From assembly GCA_000165345.1 (NCBI GenBank), contig CM000434.1, forward strand, positions 128,001-192,000: a DNA stretch of 64,000 bases, read 5' to 3'. Position numbers and translations under genes: made by a program. Under the pieces are notes generated by a model. It did not search any database. It was not told the DNA's origin and saw only the letters and a program-made list of their open reading frames with translations. The first letter of the stretch is position 1; each line of letters begins with the position of its first letter. This document shows positions 23,374 through 37,680 of the stretch, piece by piece.

Positions 23374-23910
23374 ATGATGCTAGCAAAGATAACAACAGAA
23401 TCAGCAAAAAATGTTATTTATAAGGCTCAACAGAAAGTTCAAGATACTACAGAAACATTGAATCCACAAAAAATATTAACATTTCTATTATGTATGGGAA
23501 CATCAATATTATTTTTATCTTTATCATTTATGTTCTTACCAATAATTGTGGTCTCGCCTCATAAATTTGCGATTTTATTTACATTTGGTTCATTTTTCTT
23601 TATGGCAAGTTTTGCAGTATTAAAAGGACTTGGTGGATTTTTTAAATATATGGTAGAAAAAGAAAGATTACCTTTTTCATTTGTTTATATTTCAAGCCTA
23701 TCATTAACATTATATGCAACATTATTCTTAAAGAGTTACTTATTAACATTATTATTCTCATTGGTACAAATTATTGCATTAGTTTCATTCTTAATAACAA
23801 ATTTCCCAGGTGGATACAGTGCATTGAATTATGTAAGTAACAATCTATTTTCAGGATTGGCAAGCAAGTTATCATTTTCATCTGGTAAAAATACTCCATT
23901 ACCTATTTAA
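23374..23910 (+). CDS. Small four-pass membrane protein, SFT2/Got1-like vesicle transport protein (178 aa)
   Basis: Four hydrophobic segments. The FAILFTFGSFFFMASFAVLKGLGGFFKYMVEKER block resembles the SFT2 domain signature (F.YTFGN....GS.FL.GP..Q...M....R). The size is appropriate. Confidence 0.55.
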   Translation: MMLAKITTESAKNVIYKAQQKVQDTTETLNPQKILTFLLCMGTSILFLSLSFMFLPIIVVSPHKFAILFTFGSFFFMASFAVLKGLGGFFKYMVEKERLPFSFVYISSLSLTLYATLFLKSYLLTLLFSLVQIIALVSFLITNFPGGYSALNYVSNNLFSGLASKLSFSSGKNTPLPI

Positions 23911-23936
23911 ATTTAACAAAATTAACAATAATATAT

Positions 23937-26681
23937 TTATTCATAACTATTAAAGCTAGAAGATGTATCAGAAGAGTAAGAAGAATCTGATGAATTGTTG
24001 ATATATATACTGGAAAGTGATATGAATCCTGGCTCATGATGCAATAGTGGGGATTTTCCATTGTTATTGTTTTTTATTAAATTTTCATTACCACAATAAC
24101 TAATACTATTGCTACTACAACTGTTGTTGTTATAATTATTATCGTCATTTTTTTTATCATCTGAATTAGTAACAATAAAAGTTTCATTTGATTCAGTTGC
24201 TGAAATATATATTGACTCAAATGTTGAGCAATTCGAATTCTTTAATGAACTTTTCAAATCAGAATCAGATTCAGATTCAGATTCAGAAATTCCATTTTTT
24301 TCAAAATCATCATTAATATCATGATTATTATTATTTCCAGTATATTTAATATTCATTAATTCATCATTTCCATTCAAGTCTTTCAAGTTTATTAATTCTG
24401 GAAGCCAAATATTGCATTTATTAATATTTGGTCTTCCAATTATGGAAAAATTATATTTCTCAACTATATCGTTCGAGTCAATACTTCTATTATTTGAAAT
24501 TAAATCATTAATTGACTTTACTTGATCAAAATATTCATTAATCCAATTCTGGATCTCTTTAATAACGTCTTTAAAAAGATTTGGATCGCCTTCTTGAGAT
24601 TTTATATCATTACCTAATTTGTATAATATATTATAAATTGGATATTTACAAGCTTGATTATTTTTTGACAATGTTAAAATAATCATTTTTATGGATATTT
24701 CTTTATTATTAATATTAATAATAACTTTCTGTTCAGATTTATCTCTTAATATTTTAATGGCTCTTCTATATTCTTTTCTATGAATCAGAATATTAATCAA
24801 GATCTTGATATTATTCATTCTATGAGCAGTATCCATACAAATTTGTTCCAACCAAGATATATTCTTTAATTTGAAATATTTTGAAGCTTGATTAATACCA
24901 TTTTCATCCAAAACTTTGCTATTAAATCTAACATGTCCTTCTTGGTTTGTTTTGGTTGATGGTAATTCATCTTTATTTCTATTAAATAAGTATAATTTAT
25001 AAAGCTCCCTCAAGATCTTATTAGAATCTTCAAATATATGGTATTGCAATACGTATTGTAAAAGTGATTCTCTTTTTGTATGAAAAATTAATATAAGAAG
25101 AATATTATAATATTCTTGGTTGATTTTCAATTTCATATCAACTTTAATTTTAATTATTTCCATCAATATTGTAAAGACTTTTGGACAAGGTTTCGCTGAA
25201 ATATCATTACTATCATTATCATTATCATTATTGTTAATTTCTTGATTAACAAGTGATTTTAACTTTTCTAAAAGTATACTATCCCATAAAATATTTCTAT
25301 TGGAAATAAATGGCAATATATCCATCTTTTCAATACTTAATATGTTTTCAATTAATAATTCGTCGCAAAAATTCAGTCTTGAATATTGAATCTTGTTAAT
25401 ATCCAACTTTATTACTATATTACAAGATGAATTAACAAGAAGTATATGATAATTGTTCAAATGTTGGTTTTTTATCTTTTTTAAAGATTTCATATACATA
25501 TCATTTTTATTATTATCATATAAACAAATTATTGTATTATCATTCAATTCATCATTAAATAATGTTGGTACCATATAAAAATGACCTATATTATTATCAG
25601 TTTCAAGTTTTTTATCTTGGTCAGAATTTGAATTAATACTTTTTGAAAAATTCTTGTTATTATTTTTAACAAGTTTAATATCAAAAAGACCAAATACTTT
25701 TTTTCCATGAAGATTTATTACGACAATTACGTTATCAATAACCAGTAATGTAAATTCTTGAAAATCTTCTCCAATATCTAAAACAAGATCAGAAGATTCA
25801 TGATTAAATAAATCTCTAAGTGATATTCTTTTATTGCTAGAATCAACATGAACACAATAAAGATTTTGATAAATATTTAAGAGAAATATATCTTGTTGTC
25901 TAATTTCAGCATTTAAAATAAGTTCTAAAGGTTGAAGTTTAATAGGTTTTTGTTGTTGATTCATACCAATATTAATATAAGGTGTGAGTATATTTGATCC
26001 AGTTTGTAATAAAATTGACTGAAATTCCATATTATACCAAAATTGAAGATTATTTTCATGAATTTGCCATATTGGATGAATACCATGTTCTTTTAAAGAA
26101 AATAATATTAATTTAGAATTGGTAATCATTAGAATTGAAGGATAATATTGTTCATTACATATTGAAGATGATTGATTTGATGAATCTTCCCACCATATAA
26201 CTCCTCTTAGAATTTGATTATTTTCTATATGGATTTTAGTCTCAATATAATCCACTTCATTCCATTTATAATTATTATCAATTTGTTTTTCCAGATTAAT
26301 TTTCCTAAGTACTAATAATTTGTGATTGCTTCTAGTATTTTTAACATTATCATCTTGTTGAATATATGCTAAAAATACAATATAATTATTTGTTTCTTCT
26401 CTTGTATTTATATACATGATAAGATGTGAAGGCTTGCATGAGAATTCTAATTCATATAATTTAGGTAGTTGATATTCAAACATTTCATTGGAATTAATTC
26501 TTAATAAACTATTATTTAATTTATTATATATAAGTGTATCTCCTTCATTTGTTGAATTAAAATAAATAAATTGTGATTCAATTAGTAAATCTTGATTAAT
26601 ATCAAGTTTTTCTTCTTTTTCAAACTTGTTTAACTCATCTTGATTAATTTGCAAATATCCAAATTTCGATACTTTATCCAT
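23937..26681 (-). CDS. Hypothetical protein, 914 aa, with an acidic SESESDSD stretch and a Ser-rich C-terminus. The size and predicted secondary-structure profile are weakly suggestive of a Vps39/Vam6- or TRAP1-like tethering protein.
   Basis: Complete ORF from ATG to TAA. The N-terminal half is non-repetitive and beta-rich. The C-terminal half is helical and repeat-like. No diagnostic motif. Confidence 0.5.
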   Translation of the reverse strand: MDKVSKFGYLQINQDELNKFEKEEKLDINQDLLIESQFIYFNSTNEGDTLIYNKLNNSLLRINSNEMFEYQLPKLYELEFSCKPSHLIMYINTREETNNYIVFLAYIQQDDNVKNTRSNHKLLVLRKINLEKQIDNNYKWNEVDYIETKIHIENNQILRGVIWWEDSSNQSSSICNEQYYPSILMITNSKLILFSLKEHGIHPIWQIHENNLQFWYNMEFQSILLQTGSNILTPYINIGMNQQQKPIKLQPLELILNAEIRQQDIFLLNIYQNLYCVHVDSSNKRISLRDLFNHESSDLVLDIGEDFQEFTLLVIDNVIVVINLHGKKVFGLFDIKLVKNNNKNFSKSINSNSDQDKKLETDNNIGHFYMVPTLFNDELNDNTIICLYDNNKNDMYMKSLKKIKNQHLNNYHILLVNSSCNIVIKLDINKIQYSRLNFCDELLIENILSIEKMDILPFISNRNILWDSILLEKLKSLVNQEINNNDNDNDSNDISAKPCPKVFTILMEIIKIKVDMKLKINQEYYNILLILIFHTKRESLLQYVLQYHIFEDSNKILRELYKLYLFNRNKDELPSTKTNQEGHVRFNSKVLDENGINQASKYFKLKNISWLEQICMDTAHRMNNIKILINILIHRKEYRRAIKILRDKSEQKVIININNKEISIKMIILTLSKNNQACKYPIYNILYKLGNDIKSQEGDPNLFKDVIKEIQNWINEYFDQVKSINDLISNNRSIDSNDIVEKYNFSIIGRPNINKCNIWLPELINLKDLNGNDELMNIKYTGNNNNHDINDDFEKNGISESESESDSDLKSSLKNSNCSTFESIYISATESNETFIVTNSDDKKNDDNNYNNNSCSSNSISYCGNENLIKNNNNGKSPLLHHEPGFISLSSIYINNSSDSSYSSDTSSSFNSYE

Positions 26682-26898
26682 TTTCTTCTATTTTTCTCTG
26701 GTTATTTAATTTGATAGTTATTATTTTTTTCAGTATAAATGGATAGAGTGTGTCAATTCAATATATTGATACTTGTTTCTTTCTTTATTATTAATCCCAA
26801 TTATTTTTTTTTAATTATTTAAATCTTAACATAATTAATTTTCAATATTCATTAATCTTACACATTTATTATTACATACATATTTTAATATTGTTGTA

Positions 26899-26910
26899 TT
26901 TCCCGCCAAA
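26899..26910. promoter_or_regulatory. E2F-like TTTCCCGCCAAA, about 220 bp upstream of the 23937-26681 gene
   Basis: Canonical E2F consensus TTTCCCGC in an AT-rich intergenic region. Confidence 0.5.
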
Positions 26911-27301
26911 ATAACTCCTTTTTTTCTTCCTTTTCTTCCCATAATTTTATTTATATCATCCCCTCTTTTTTCTTTTATTTTTCTTCCTTATTTTTCTTTT
27001 TATTCTTTTTTTCTTCTTCTTCTTAATTGTAATATATAATTTACATGTTACTATTTAAATTTATTTATATATTTGTAAAAACAAACAATCAAAAAGAAAT
27101 AACGATATTTACTTGGATTTGTTTGTTTGATTTGTGTGTCATGTGCGCCCTTTAAGTAATCCTTGACCACATGCTCTTTTATTTTGCATTCCGAAGCAAT
27201 TACCGCGCGCGGGAATACCGGTACCTTATAAATAAATAGAATTACATGGAAAAATTTGTGAGAAAATAAATAATTTAAAAAAAAAAATCTAGGTTTAAAC
27301 T

Positions 27302-29881
<2,580 letters not shown>

Positions 29882-29956
29882 TGTTATTATAACTGTTTTT
29901 CCTCTTTTCAAAATTTAAGAATTTTATTTATAACCACCAAAAAAATATTATTATTT

Positions 29957-30000
29957 TTTAAATATAGGTATCGGTACCTATTATATTACAATATAATAGG
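29957..30000. promoter_or_regulatory. Inverted repeat ataggtATCGGTACCTATTATATT-ac-AATATAATAGGTACCGATattt in the divergent SNF1-kinase / aspartic-protease intergenic region
   Basis: 18-bp arms that are perfectly complementary, separated by 2 bp, with a GGTACC core again. Confidence 0.45.
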
Positions 30001-30567
30001 TACCGATATTTAATATTCAAATAAATGTAAAGTTTTTCGAATGCTTTTTTTTATGTATCACTCTTCCTTTCTTTATTTCGTTGTGGTTTTTGTTTCTATT
30101 CTTTTATTATTCTTCTTTTATATATATATTAGTATATATAAACAATTTTTACTTGAATATAATTTCTTCATTTCTTATACTTTAATGAAACATTTTGTTT
30201 TATTTAAAAAAAAATAAAATGTTATATTTATATTTATTGAATAATTATTGAAGAAATATTTTTAACTTCAATTTACTTTATCTATTTTAGATTATAATTC
30301 TCATTCTTCTTTAATGTATATCTTCGTAAACTTTAATAAAAGAATTGTTAATTTTATTATATAAATAAATATATTTAATTGGAATATTATTACTTAAATT
30401 TTCTTTTCGCTTTTTTTTCTTTTTTTCTCTCCCCCCCCTTTTTCTTGAATTTCTTAACATGAAATTCGATACCTCTTTTCTTTAAATTAAAAAAAAAAAG
30501 TATTCCCCCTATAATTATTTTTTCGTTACCTTTTTTTAAATAAGGTACCTATATTATCATCCAATTC

Positions 30568-30606
<39 letters not shown>

Positions 30607-30848
30607 CTTTTTTTCAGTATTTAGTATTTAATATGAATAAATTATCAATATTATCCAATTGAAGATAAATATTTTAAAGATATTTATTATATTAATTATT
30701 TAATAAATATATTTAGATAAGGAAAGAAAAGAAAGGATAAATTTACAGGTTGAAATATTTATTTTAACCCGATCTTTTTAAAAATATTCCTTCTTTCTCT
30801 CTTAATTTCCTTATTCTAATCTATTATATTAAATTGATTCCAATAAAA

Positions 30849-32750
30849 ATGGGTACCATTTCATCAATAATTAATTATTTATTACTATTAATAGCCATTT
30901 TGAATATTAAACAAACAGAAAAATTAACTTTAATAAATTCCTCCAATAAAATTATTAACCATATAAACTTATTGAAAAATGATGAAATTTTTGAAGTTTC
31001 TGGTAACTTGACCAATGAAGATGTATATAAATGGGCAACATCTTATCGTGATTATGAACAAGATTCAGAACATGATCATGAAAATGACTATGATGCTGAT
31101 ATTGAAGATAACATTGATGATGATGATGATGATTATGATGATGATGATCATCATCATCATCGTGATCGTATTCATAATAACAAATATGAAGATCATAACC
31201 AGTACCAAAACTCTCTTAGTTTAAATAAATCAAAACTTATATACTCAGACTCCGAATCTTTCCTAATTAACCCAAAATTAAAGAATATTTATGATTTTTC
31301 AAATAATAAACAAATTTATAAAACCATTAATGTATTAAATGTGAATGGAGAAATTATACCATATGATGTTTTTATCACTAATATTACCATACCACTCTTT
31401 GAAGTGAAAAATTCACTTTTTGTATGTAGAATTAGAATTGGTGAACCTGAACAAGAATTTTGGCCTATTATTGATACTGGAAGCAGTAATCTTTGGGTTA
31501 TTGGAGAAGAATGTAACCAATCAAGTTGTCAAAAAGTTAAAAGATATTCGAAATATATTTCAAAATCATTTAAAAGAATTTCCAAATATGATAATATTTC
31601 AGTAATTTTTGGTACTGGTAAAATTTATGGTAAATTAATTCTTGAAACACTTAAATTTGATAATTTCCAACTTAATAAACATGTTATTGGAATTATTGAA
31701 CAAGTGGAAAATACTGAAAATAGCAAAATTGATATATTTGATGCAATCGAACTTGAAGGTGTACTTGGACTTGGATTTACACAAATGTCTTCTTCAAAAA
31801 AACTTCAACTACCTTTAATTGAAAGACTTCAAAGTCAAGGACTTATTCAAAATAATATATTTTCTATATATATTAATGATTATAGAATTAAACCAATTAA
31901 TAATAATGATAAACTTTCAAAACCTTGTGCTATTTTATTACTTGGTGGAATTGATCAAAATCTATTTGAAGAAGAACTTCATATTCTTCCAGTTATTAGA
32001 GAACATTATTGGCAAGTTGAATTAGAATCACTTTATATTGGAGATACAAAATATTGTTGTGACTATGGATCTCTTGCTTATGAATGGGAAAATCTTGAAA
32101 ATGAACATTTATATAAAAAATTTGGACATTACGAAGATCCTCCAATGGATGTTTATATTTACAAAACTTTCAATAAAAGTATTGATAAAACTAATAGAAC
32201 TCCTGGATATGTTATTTTTGATTCCGGTACTTCTTTTTATACATTACCCAATTTTGAATATAATCATTTTATTAAAGAATATCAACCTTTTGGTGATTGT
32301 TCTCAAATTCATTTAGATTCTAAAAAGATTGATCCAAAAATCATTCAACATTTTCCTAATATTACTTATACTTTTAAAGATGGATTTCAACTTGTTATTC
32401 CACCTGAGCTTTATTTAACTCCAAATGAACAAGGAAAATGTAAACCTGGTATAATGATGATTGATGTACCAGGTGAATATGGACATTCATATTTACTTGG
32501 TTCATTATTTATGAGATCTTATTATACTGTTTATGCAAAAAATATCCCCAAGATTGGTTCAGCTGTTGGTATTGCCAAAGCTAAACATAATAAAGATACC
32601 AGAAAATATATTTATAGTAAACTTTCTTCGATTAATGAAACATTTGTACCTCCTGATGATGATGAAGCTGAATTATATTGGACTCAAATTAATGGAAGAT
32701 TGTCAGAAAATTGGAAATTTCCTCCAATTTTAGGTAATTTATTCTTTTAA
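30849..32750 (+). CDS. Pepsin-like (A1 family) aspartic protease with an N-terminal hydrophobic segment and a D/H-rich stretch
   Basis: Both catalytic motifs are present: IIDTGSSNLWVIG and VIFDSGTSFYTLP. The Y-flap region and the spacing are consistent with family A1. The real start is probably the ATG at 30849 (MGTISSIINYLLLL...). The ORF track begins at an upstream TTG at 30834. Confidence 0.85.
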   Translation: MGTISSIINYLLLLIAILNIKQTEKLTLINSSNKIINHINLLKNDEIFEVSGNLTNEDVYKWATSYRDYEQDSEHDHENDYDADIEDNIDDDDDDYDDDDHHHHRDRIHNNKYEDHNQYQNSLSLNKSKLIYSDSESFLINPKLKNIYDFSNNKQIYKTINVLNVNGEIIPYDVFITNITIPLFEVKNSLFVCRIRIGEPEQEFWPIIDTGSSNLWVIGEECNQSSCQKVKRYSKYISKSFKRISKYDNISVIFGTGKIYGKLILETLKFDNFQLNKHVIGIIEQVENTENSKIDIFDAIELEGVLGLGFTQMSSSKKLQLPLIERLQSQGLIQNNIFSIYINDYRIKPINNNDKLSKPCAILLLGGIDQNLFEEELHILPVIREHYWQVELESLYIGDTKYCCDYGSLAYEWENLENEHLYKKFGHYEDPPMDVYIYKTFNKSIDKTNRTPGYVIFDSGTSFYTLPNFEYNHFIKEYQPFGDCSQIHLDSKKIDPKIIQHFPNITYTFKDGFQLVIPPELYLTPNEQGKCKPGIMMIDVPGEYGHSYLLGSLFMRSYYTVYAKNIPKIGSAVGIAKAKHNKDTRKYIYSKLSSINETFVPPDDDEAELYWTQINGRLSENWKFPPILGNLFF

Positions 32751-32856
32751 TTATCTTGGAATTTGATTATCCTTTTTTCTTAAAATAATAATAATAATAA
32801 TAATATAAATATTTATTATTTACTTTAATTAATATAATTTATTTTGAATTTAATCA

Positions 32857-35800
32857 TTATTTTTTCTCTGATAATTCCTTATTCTCCTTCTTTTCTTGTT
32901 GAATTGTATTAACTATATTAACATTTGAACTATTTATATTATAATCCTCCATTTCTAAACCATATTCTTCACTTTTAAGTATTAATTTATTCATTTTCTC
33001 TTTTTTATTATCTTTATAGACTTTAAATATTAATATTATGCCAAGTAATCCTATAATTGACCATATTACTGTTGTTATTAATATTAAAGTTACAATAATC
33101 CTTCCAAATGGGGAAGAATTAATAAATATATAAATTTTATCTGACATTATTCTATTCATTAATTTACTTATTGAACCTTGCCATACTTTTATTTCTCTTT
33201 CCTTGACTTTTCTCATTTCAATTTTATTAGGATTTACCATATCCCCAAAACTTGTCCCTATATAAGTTTTTCTATACCAATCTGAAGTATTGTTTTTTAA
33301 TTTTGTAATAAATTCATCTGCTTTTTTTAAATTCAAATGTAAATCTTCTATAGTATTTTCTTCATCTTTTAGTATTAGAATTCTATTTGTTGAATTATTT
33401 ATTTTCATTTCAGATTTAAAATGTGTGATTACTCTTATTACTCCTAAAGAATGATCCAAAACCATATCCACAATTTCAATTCCATTTTCATTTATTCCTA
33501 AGACTTGTATAATTGATTGTTTAAATGAATTAATAAAATTATCATAACCCATTGGCATAATTCTTTCATAAAATCCTGATAATTCGACTTTTAAAGCAAT
33601 ATCTCTTTTCTCTCCTTTTGGAATACATATATAACCATTACCATACCATCCAATAGGGCATGAACATATATATGATCCAATAGTATTAGTACATAATGAA
33701 TCTTCTCCACAATTATTTATTAACTCTCCATTATTTTTCTCATCACATTCATTAATATCAATACATCTTAAATCTTGATTTAATGATGAAATTCTATAAC
33801 CTTTTTTACATCCACAATAATGATTATAACTTTTATCATCTTCTAAATCATTTGAAATTAATGATAAAAGAGATTTTTCTTGATAATCATTAATACTTTT
33901 TCTTTTTTCATCAATAATATTTCCATAACTCTCAGAATTATTTTCTATATTAGTGTTTTGAATAATGCATTGTAATCCTTTTGGACAAAATAGACTTTTT
34001 TCTGATTGCTCTTCATCAATTCCTCTAGAAAAATCGATTTGAGTCTCTGGACCTATTACCAATTCTTGAAAAGATTTGTCAAAACAAACATTTTCCTGAA
34101 TACAACTCTTTTTTCCATCACCATAATATCCTGGTTTACAAACACAACTATAACTTCCCTCTTTATTTATACATAAAGCAAGAGGATGACATGGCCTCTT
34201 CAAACCTGAAGGAGTTACTATATGTCTTCTAATTGATGAAAACGGTGAATTTAAAATACTAGTAATCTCTCTTGTTCTTTCAATGGTTGGATATATTGCA
34301 TTATTTGTATTATAACCCATATAAATATCCCCTTGTCTTTGTTCTTTCTCCTCTATTTGAAATTGTCTATTATGTTCTTCACATTCATTAATATCCTCAC
34401 AACTATGTCTGAAAAATATATTTCCAGTTTTACTATCAATTAATCTAATAACTTGATGTTGAAATCCTTCATCACAAATACAATAATTATTTACTTTATT
34501 TATTAATTGATTTGGTTGATTATTACCATTTTCCTGACTATTATTTATATCAGAAAATATATTTCTCATAATATGTGAAGAACTATTCATATTTATAGTC
34601 ATTTTTGATTTTAAACATTTTGAATTTTTCCAACATATTCTTCCATCCATATTATCACATTCAACATGTATTGAATGACTTTCTAAAAAGTTTGGTACCA
34701 TTTTCTTTTTCTGTACTTTATTTTCATCAATCATTGTTTTATTCTTCATTCCTATATCTAATACTTTATCACAATCCTTACTATCATTAATACAAAATAT
34801 ATCACATATACCATCTTCTAACCAATCAGTATTACATTCTTTTCCAGTATAAATTTGATTAAATTCTTCATTTAAATGATAATCCTTTAATTTAGTTCCA
34901 AAATCCATATTTACACCTAATATAGATAACTCATCATATCCATTAGATGTTATTGAATATCTACCAATTAGAACTCTTTTATTTCCAATATTATCCAAGC
35001 TTTTACTAGATTGATATTTTCTTTCTCTTAATTCTATTTTATTATTCCATTCAAAAATCATTTCCTTTTGTACAAGGGTAATCAATTGAATTCTTCTAGA
35101 TTTTATTGAAATTTCATCATATTTTGGTAATATATTAATACCAATTAATGGATAACTTAAGCCATTTAAATAGCCTGAAAATTTTGAATATAAATCACAT
35201 ATTTGCTGATAAATTTCATCAAAGTATTTGTTTCTTCTTGTATCCACTTTTAAATAATATATAATAGGTACCAAATATCCTCCATCTTCTTTTTTCTTCT
35301 CTGTCATACCTTCAGATGTTGAAATTAATAATTTAGATCCATTAATAGTTTTATTAAATACTAGATATGCAATAATGGCTCCATTTTTATCATTTTCAAT
35401 TTCATATTTATTATTATAATATAAAAAATGACCAGTAAAGTGATTTTTTTCCATATCAGTTATTAAAGTTAAGTTAGAATGGATAATTTTCTCTTCTTTA
35501 TTATTATCATTATTCTTTGCTATTTGATATATTTCATATCCAATATGTTCATAAGTTGTTGTAATTATACCATTAGATTTAATTCTGGTAGGAAAAATTA
35601 ATAAAATTGGCACCATATTATTTATACTTTGATTTATTGGATACGTAATTAAAGTCTGAGATGATATTACTTGATTATCCATTCTTGAAGTGAATAAAAT
35701 TTGATTTGTAGAATTTTCTTTACAAGGAATTATATTTAGTAGAGTTGTATTCATTTTTATTATAGAATCTGAATAACTGGAATCAGAATTGAAATTAGAA

Positions 35801-37680
35801 TTAATTTCTTCAAAATGATGATTACCTTTATACTTCAACTCCAAATTACATAATTGACCTGGTTTATTAATCAATATGTCACTAATTATTTGAACCCATT
35901 TATAATTTGTTTGTTTAGTATATTTTTTTGCAAGTGATTTTGCTACTGCTTCATTTCTACATAATACTTGTTGATCAGGATCTGGATAATAGATGGATAC
36001 CCCTGTAAACCTTGATTCTAATATATTCGAATTTTTATTATAAACATTACTTAAAGCATACTTTTTATTCAAATCTCTATTATTAAATAATTCTCCTTGG
36101 CAATTACCATAAAGTTCACTATCAGGATCAGTACATTCTTGAATATTAACACTAGCAATCTGCATATTATAATATGAATCCAAAGTTAATGCCAATAATT
36201 CTTGAATAGAATTATCTAAAAAAAATTCTTGGGATAGATAACTTCTTAATAATTCAAGCATATCTCCCATATCATAACAACTGCATAAGTTCGAGATATC
36301 ACAATTTTCAATTTTCTTTGAATTTAAGATTGTTCTCTTTAATAAATCACTAATATTCTCTCCACCACATTTATATAATATTGTAAATAGATTATAAAGA
36401 TTAAATCTGAAAATTCTGTAAAACTCAGTATTTATAAGCGATAAAGTTAATGGATAACTTTGTGAATGAAGAGTATATCCATAAACAATTCTTGAAGCAT
36501 ACTCTAAAGGAGTTGCAATCCTATACTCTTGAACTTTATTAGGTCCAAAAATTTGAACTTCATCTTCAGCTGATCCTTTTTTAGTTACAGGATTTAAAGA
36601 TCTAAAATTCCAACCATGTCCTGGTTCATTATCTTCACTAGCTAATATATAATTTGCTAATGAATTCATAACTTCTAATACATCAAATTGCATCATTAAA
36701 CATGCATCAAAACCAAGTATATCAAATTTGAACTCAAATGAGAAATTTTCTCCTGTTTTTCCTCCAATTTTACTATTCATAATTCCTTCTTTAATTCCTC
36801 TATACATTTCACCTAGAAACATTCCATTTCCATCAGCATTGTCATGATCATCACCAAAACCAGACCATGCTGAACCATGATTCCAAAGAGTTAGTGCCGA
36901 ATATATTGAGGGAAATGAATCCAAACCTTTTGAAATAAAATTTGAAAGTATTTCAGGTGAATTTGAATCAACTTCTCCTAAATCTTCTAATATAATCCAT
37001 ACAAATTTCTTCCTAAATTGTACCCTTAATTCTTGAGTTAATCTCCATCTATATAGAATATAAGCTCCAGTAAAATTTTGTGAAATTTGTTCCTGTTTTA
37101 TCATAGGATTTGTTAATCCACTTTCTGGGCACGATATTATAGGAGCTGAAACATCTTTGTTTGTAAAATCTTTGCACCTGTCAATGTATACTACTAAGTG
37201 AAGATGATCTGCTGTTTGAGTTTGTAATGGACTTGTCATTTCTCCTAAGTCCACTAAAGACATTGATTCCAAGTTATTATCTGCATGAATAAATATTAAA
37301 TGCGTCCAATATCTTTTTTCATGAATTCTTTCCTTATTTATAGTTGAACAAACTTTACTATATTGAAATTCTAATTGATCATTTTTATTTTTAGGTGGTT
37401 CTTCTTCTTTTTTTATTGAACTCAAAACTACTTCTTCCTTTGAATTGTTATGAGACTTTTTTTCTGACCTAATATTATTTGTTTTATCCACATTATAATT
37501 ATCATTATGATTAACTTCCTCTATATCAGTAATAGTGCTATTCACTTTTGAGCTTTGCAAATTTTGATATTTGTCCACATTAACATAATTTTCTGGTAAA
37601 TACAGGAAACTTGAAATTGGTTGAATATCAAAAATAAACTTAATTGTAACCAAAAATACAAAAGTTATCTCTCTTTTCAT
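32857..37680 (-). CDS. Large type I membrane/secreted protein, 1607 aa: signal peptide, clostripain-like (peptidase C11-like) domain, at least two EGF / Ca-binding EGF modules, one C-terminal transmembrane helix
   Basis: N-terminal hydrophobic signal. IFIHADNNLESMSLVDLGEMT, LWNHGSAWSGFG and ILGFDACLMMQFDVLEVM resemble the ADNNLE / His / FDAC(L/M)M Cys blocks of family C11. The EGF modules are CHPLALCINKEGSYSCVCKPGYYGDGKKSC and DINECDEKNNGELINNCGEDSLCTNTIGSYICSCPIGWYGNGYIC. The TM helix is IIVTLILITTVIWSIIGLLGIILIF. Confidence 0.55.
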   Translation of the reverse strand: MKREITFVFLVTIKFIFDIQPISSFLYLPENYVNVDKYQNLQSSKVNSTITDIEEVNHNDNYNVDKTNNIRSEKKSHNNSKEEVVLSSIKKEEEPPKNKNDQLEFQYSKVCSTINKERIHEKRYWTHLIFIHADNNLESMSLVDLGEMTSPLQTQTADHLHLVVYIDRCKDFTNKDVSAPIISCPESGLTNPMIKQEQISQNFTGAYILYRWRLTQELRVQFRKKFVWIILEDLGEVDSNSPEILSNFISKGLDSFPSIYSALTLWNHGSAWSGFGDDHDNADGNGMFLGEMYRGIKEGIMNSKIGGKTGENFSFEFKFDILGFDACLMMQFDVLEVMNSLANYILASEDNEPGHGWNFRSLNPVTKKGSAEDEVQIFGPNKVQEYRIATPLEYASRIVYGYTLHSQSYPLTLSLINTEFYRIFRFNLYNLFTILYKCGGENISDLLKRTILNSKKIENCDISNLCSCYDMGDMLELLRSYLSQEFFLDNSIQELLALTLDSYYNMQIASVNIQECTDPDSELYGNCQGELFNNRDLNKKYALSNVYNKNSNILESRFTGVSIYYPDPDQQVLCRNEAVAKSLAKKYTKQTNYKWVQIISDILINKPGQLCNLELKYKGNHHFEEINSNFNSDSSYSDSIIKMNTTLLNIIPCKENSTNQILFTSRMDNQVISSQTLITYPINQSINNMVPILLIFPTRIKSNGIITTTYEHIGYEIYQIAKNNDNNKEEKIIHSNLTLITDMEKNHFTGHFLYYNNKYEIENDKNGAIIAYLVFNKTINGSKLLISTSEGMTEKKKEDGGYLVPIIYYLKVDTRRNKYFDEIYQQICDLYSKFSGYLNGLSYPLIGINILPKYDEISIKSRRIQLITLVQKEMIFEWNNKIELRERKYQSSKSLDNIGNKRVLIGRYSITSNGYDELSILGVNMDFGTKLKDYHLNEEFNQIYTGKECNTDWLEDGICDIFCINDSKDCDKVLDIGMKNKTMIDENKVQKKKMVPNFLESHSIHVECDNMDGRICWKNSKCLKSKMTINMNSSSHIMRNIFSDINNSQENGNNQPNQLINKVNNYCICDEGFQHQVIRLIDSKTGNIFFRHSCEDINECEEHNRQFQIEEKEQRQGDIYMGYNTNNAIYPTIERTREITSILNSPFSSIRRHIVTPSGLKRPCHPLALCINKEGSYSCVCKPGYYGDGKKSCIQENVCFDKSFQELVIGPETQIDFSRGIDEEQSEKSLFCPKGLQCIIQNTNIENNSESYGNIIDEKRKSINDYQEKSLLSLISNDLEDDKSYNHYCGCKKGYRISSLNQDLRCIDINECDEKNNGELINNCGEDSLCTNTIGSYICSCPIGWYGNGYICIPKGEKRDIALKVELSGFYERIMPMGYDNFINSFKQSIIQVLGINENGIEIVDMVLDHSLGVIRVITHFKSEMKINNSTNRILILKDEENTIEDLHLNLKKADEFITKLKNNTSDWYRKTYIGTSFGDMVNPNKIEMRKVKEREIKVWQGSISKLMNRIMSDKIYIFINSSPFGRIIVTLILITTVIWSIIGLLGIILIFKVYKDNKKEKMNKLILKSEEYGLEMEDYNINSSNVNIVNTIQQEKKENKELSEKK

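Noticed and set aside
23937-26681. Vps39/Vam6-like assignment for the 914-aa protein
   Set aside because: The assignment rests only on size and a beta-then-alpha secondary-structure impression. I see no diagnostic motif, so the gene is listed as hypothetical.
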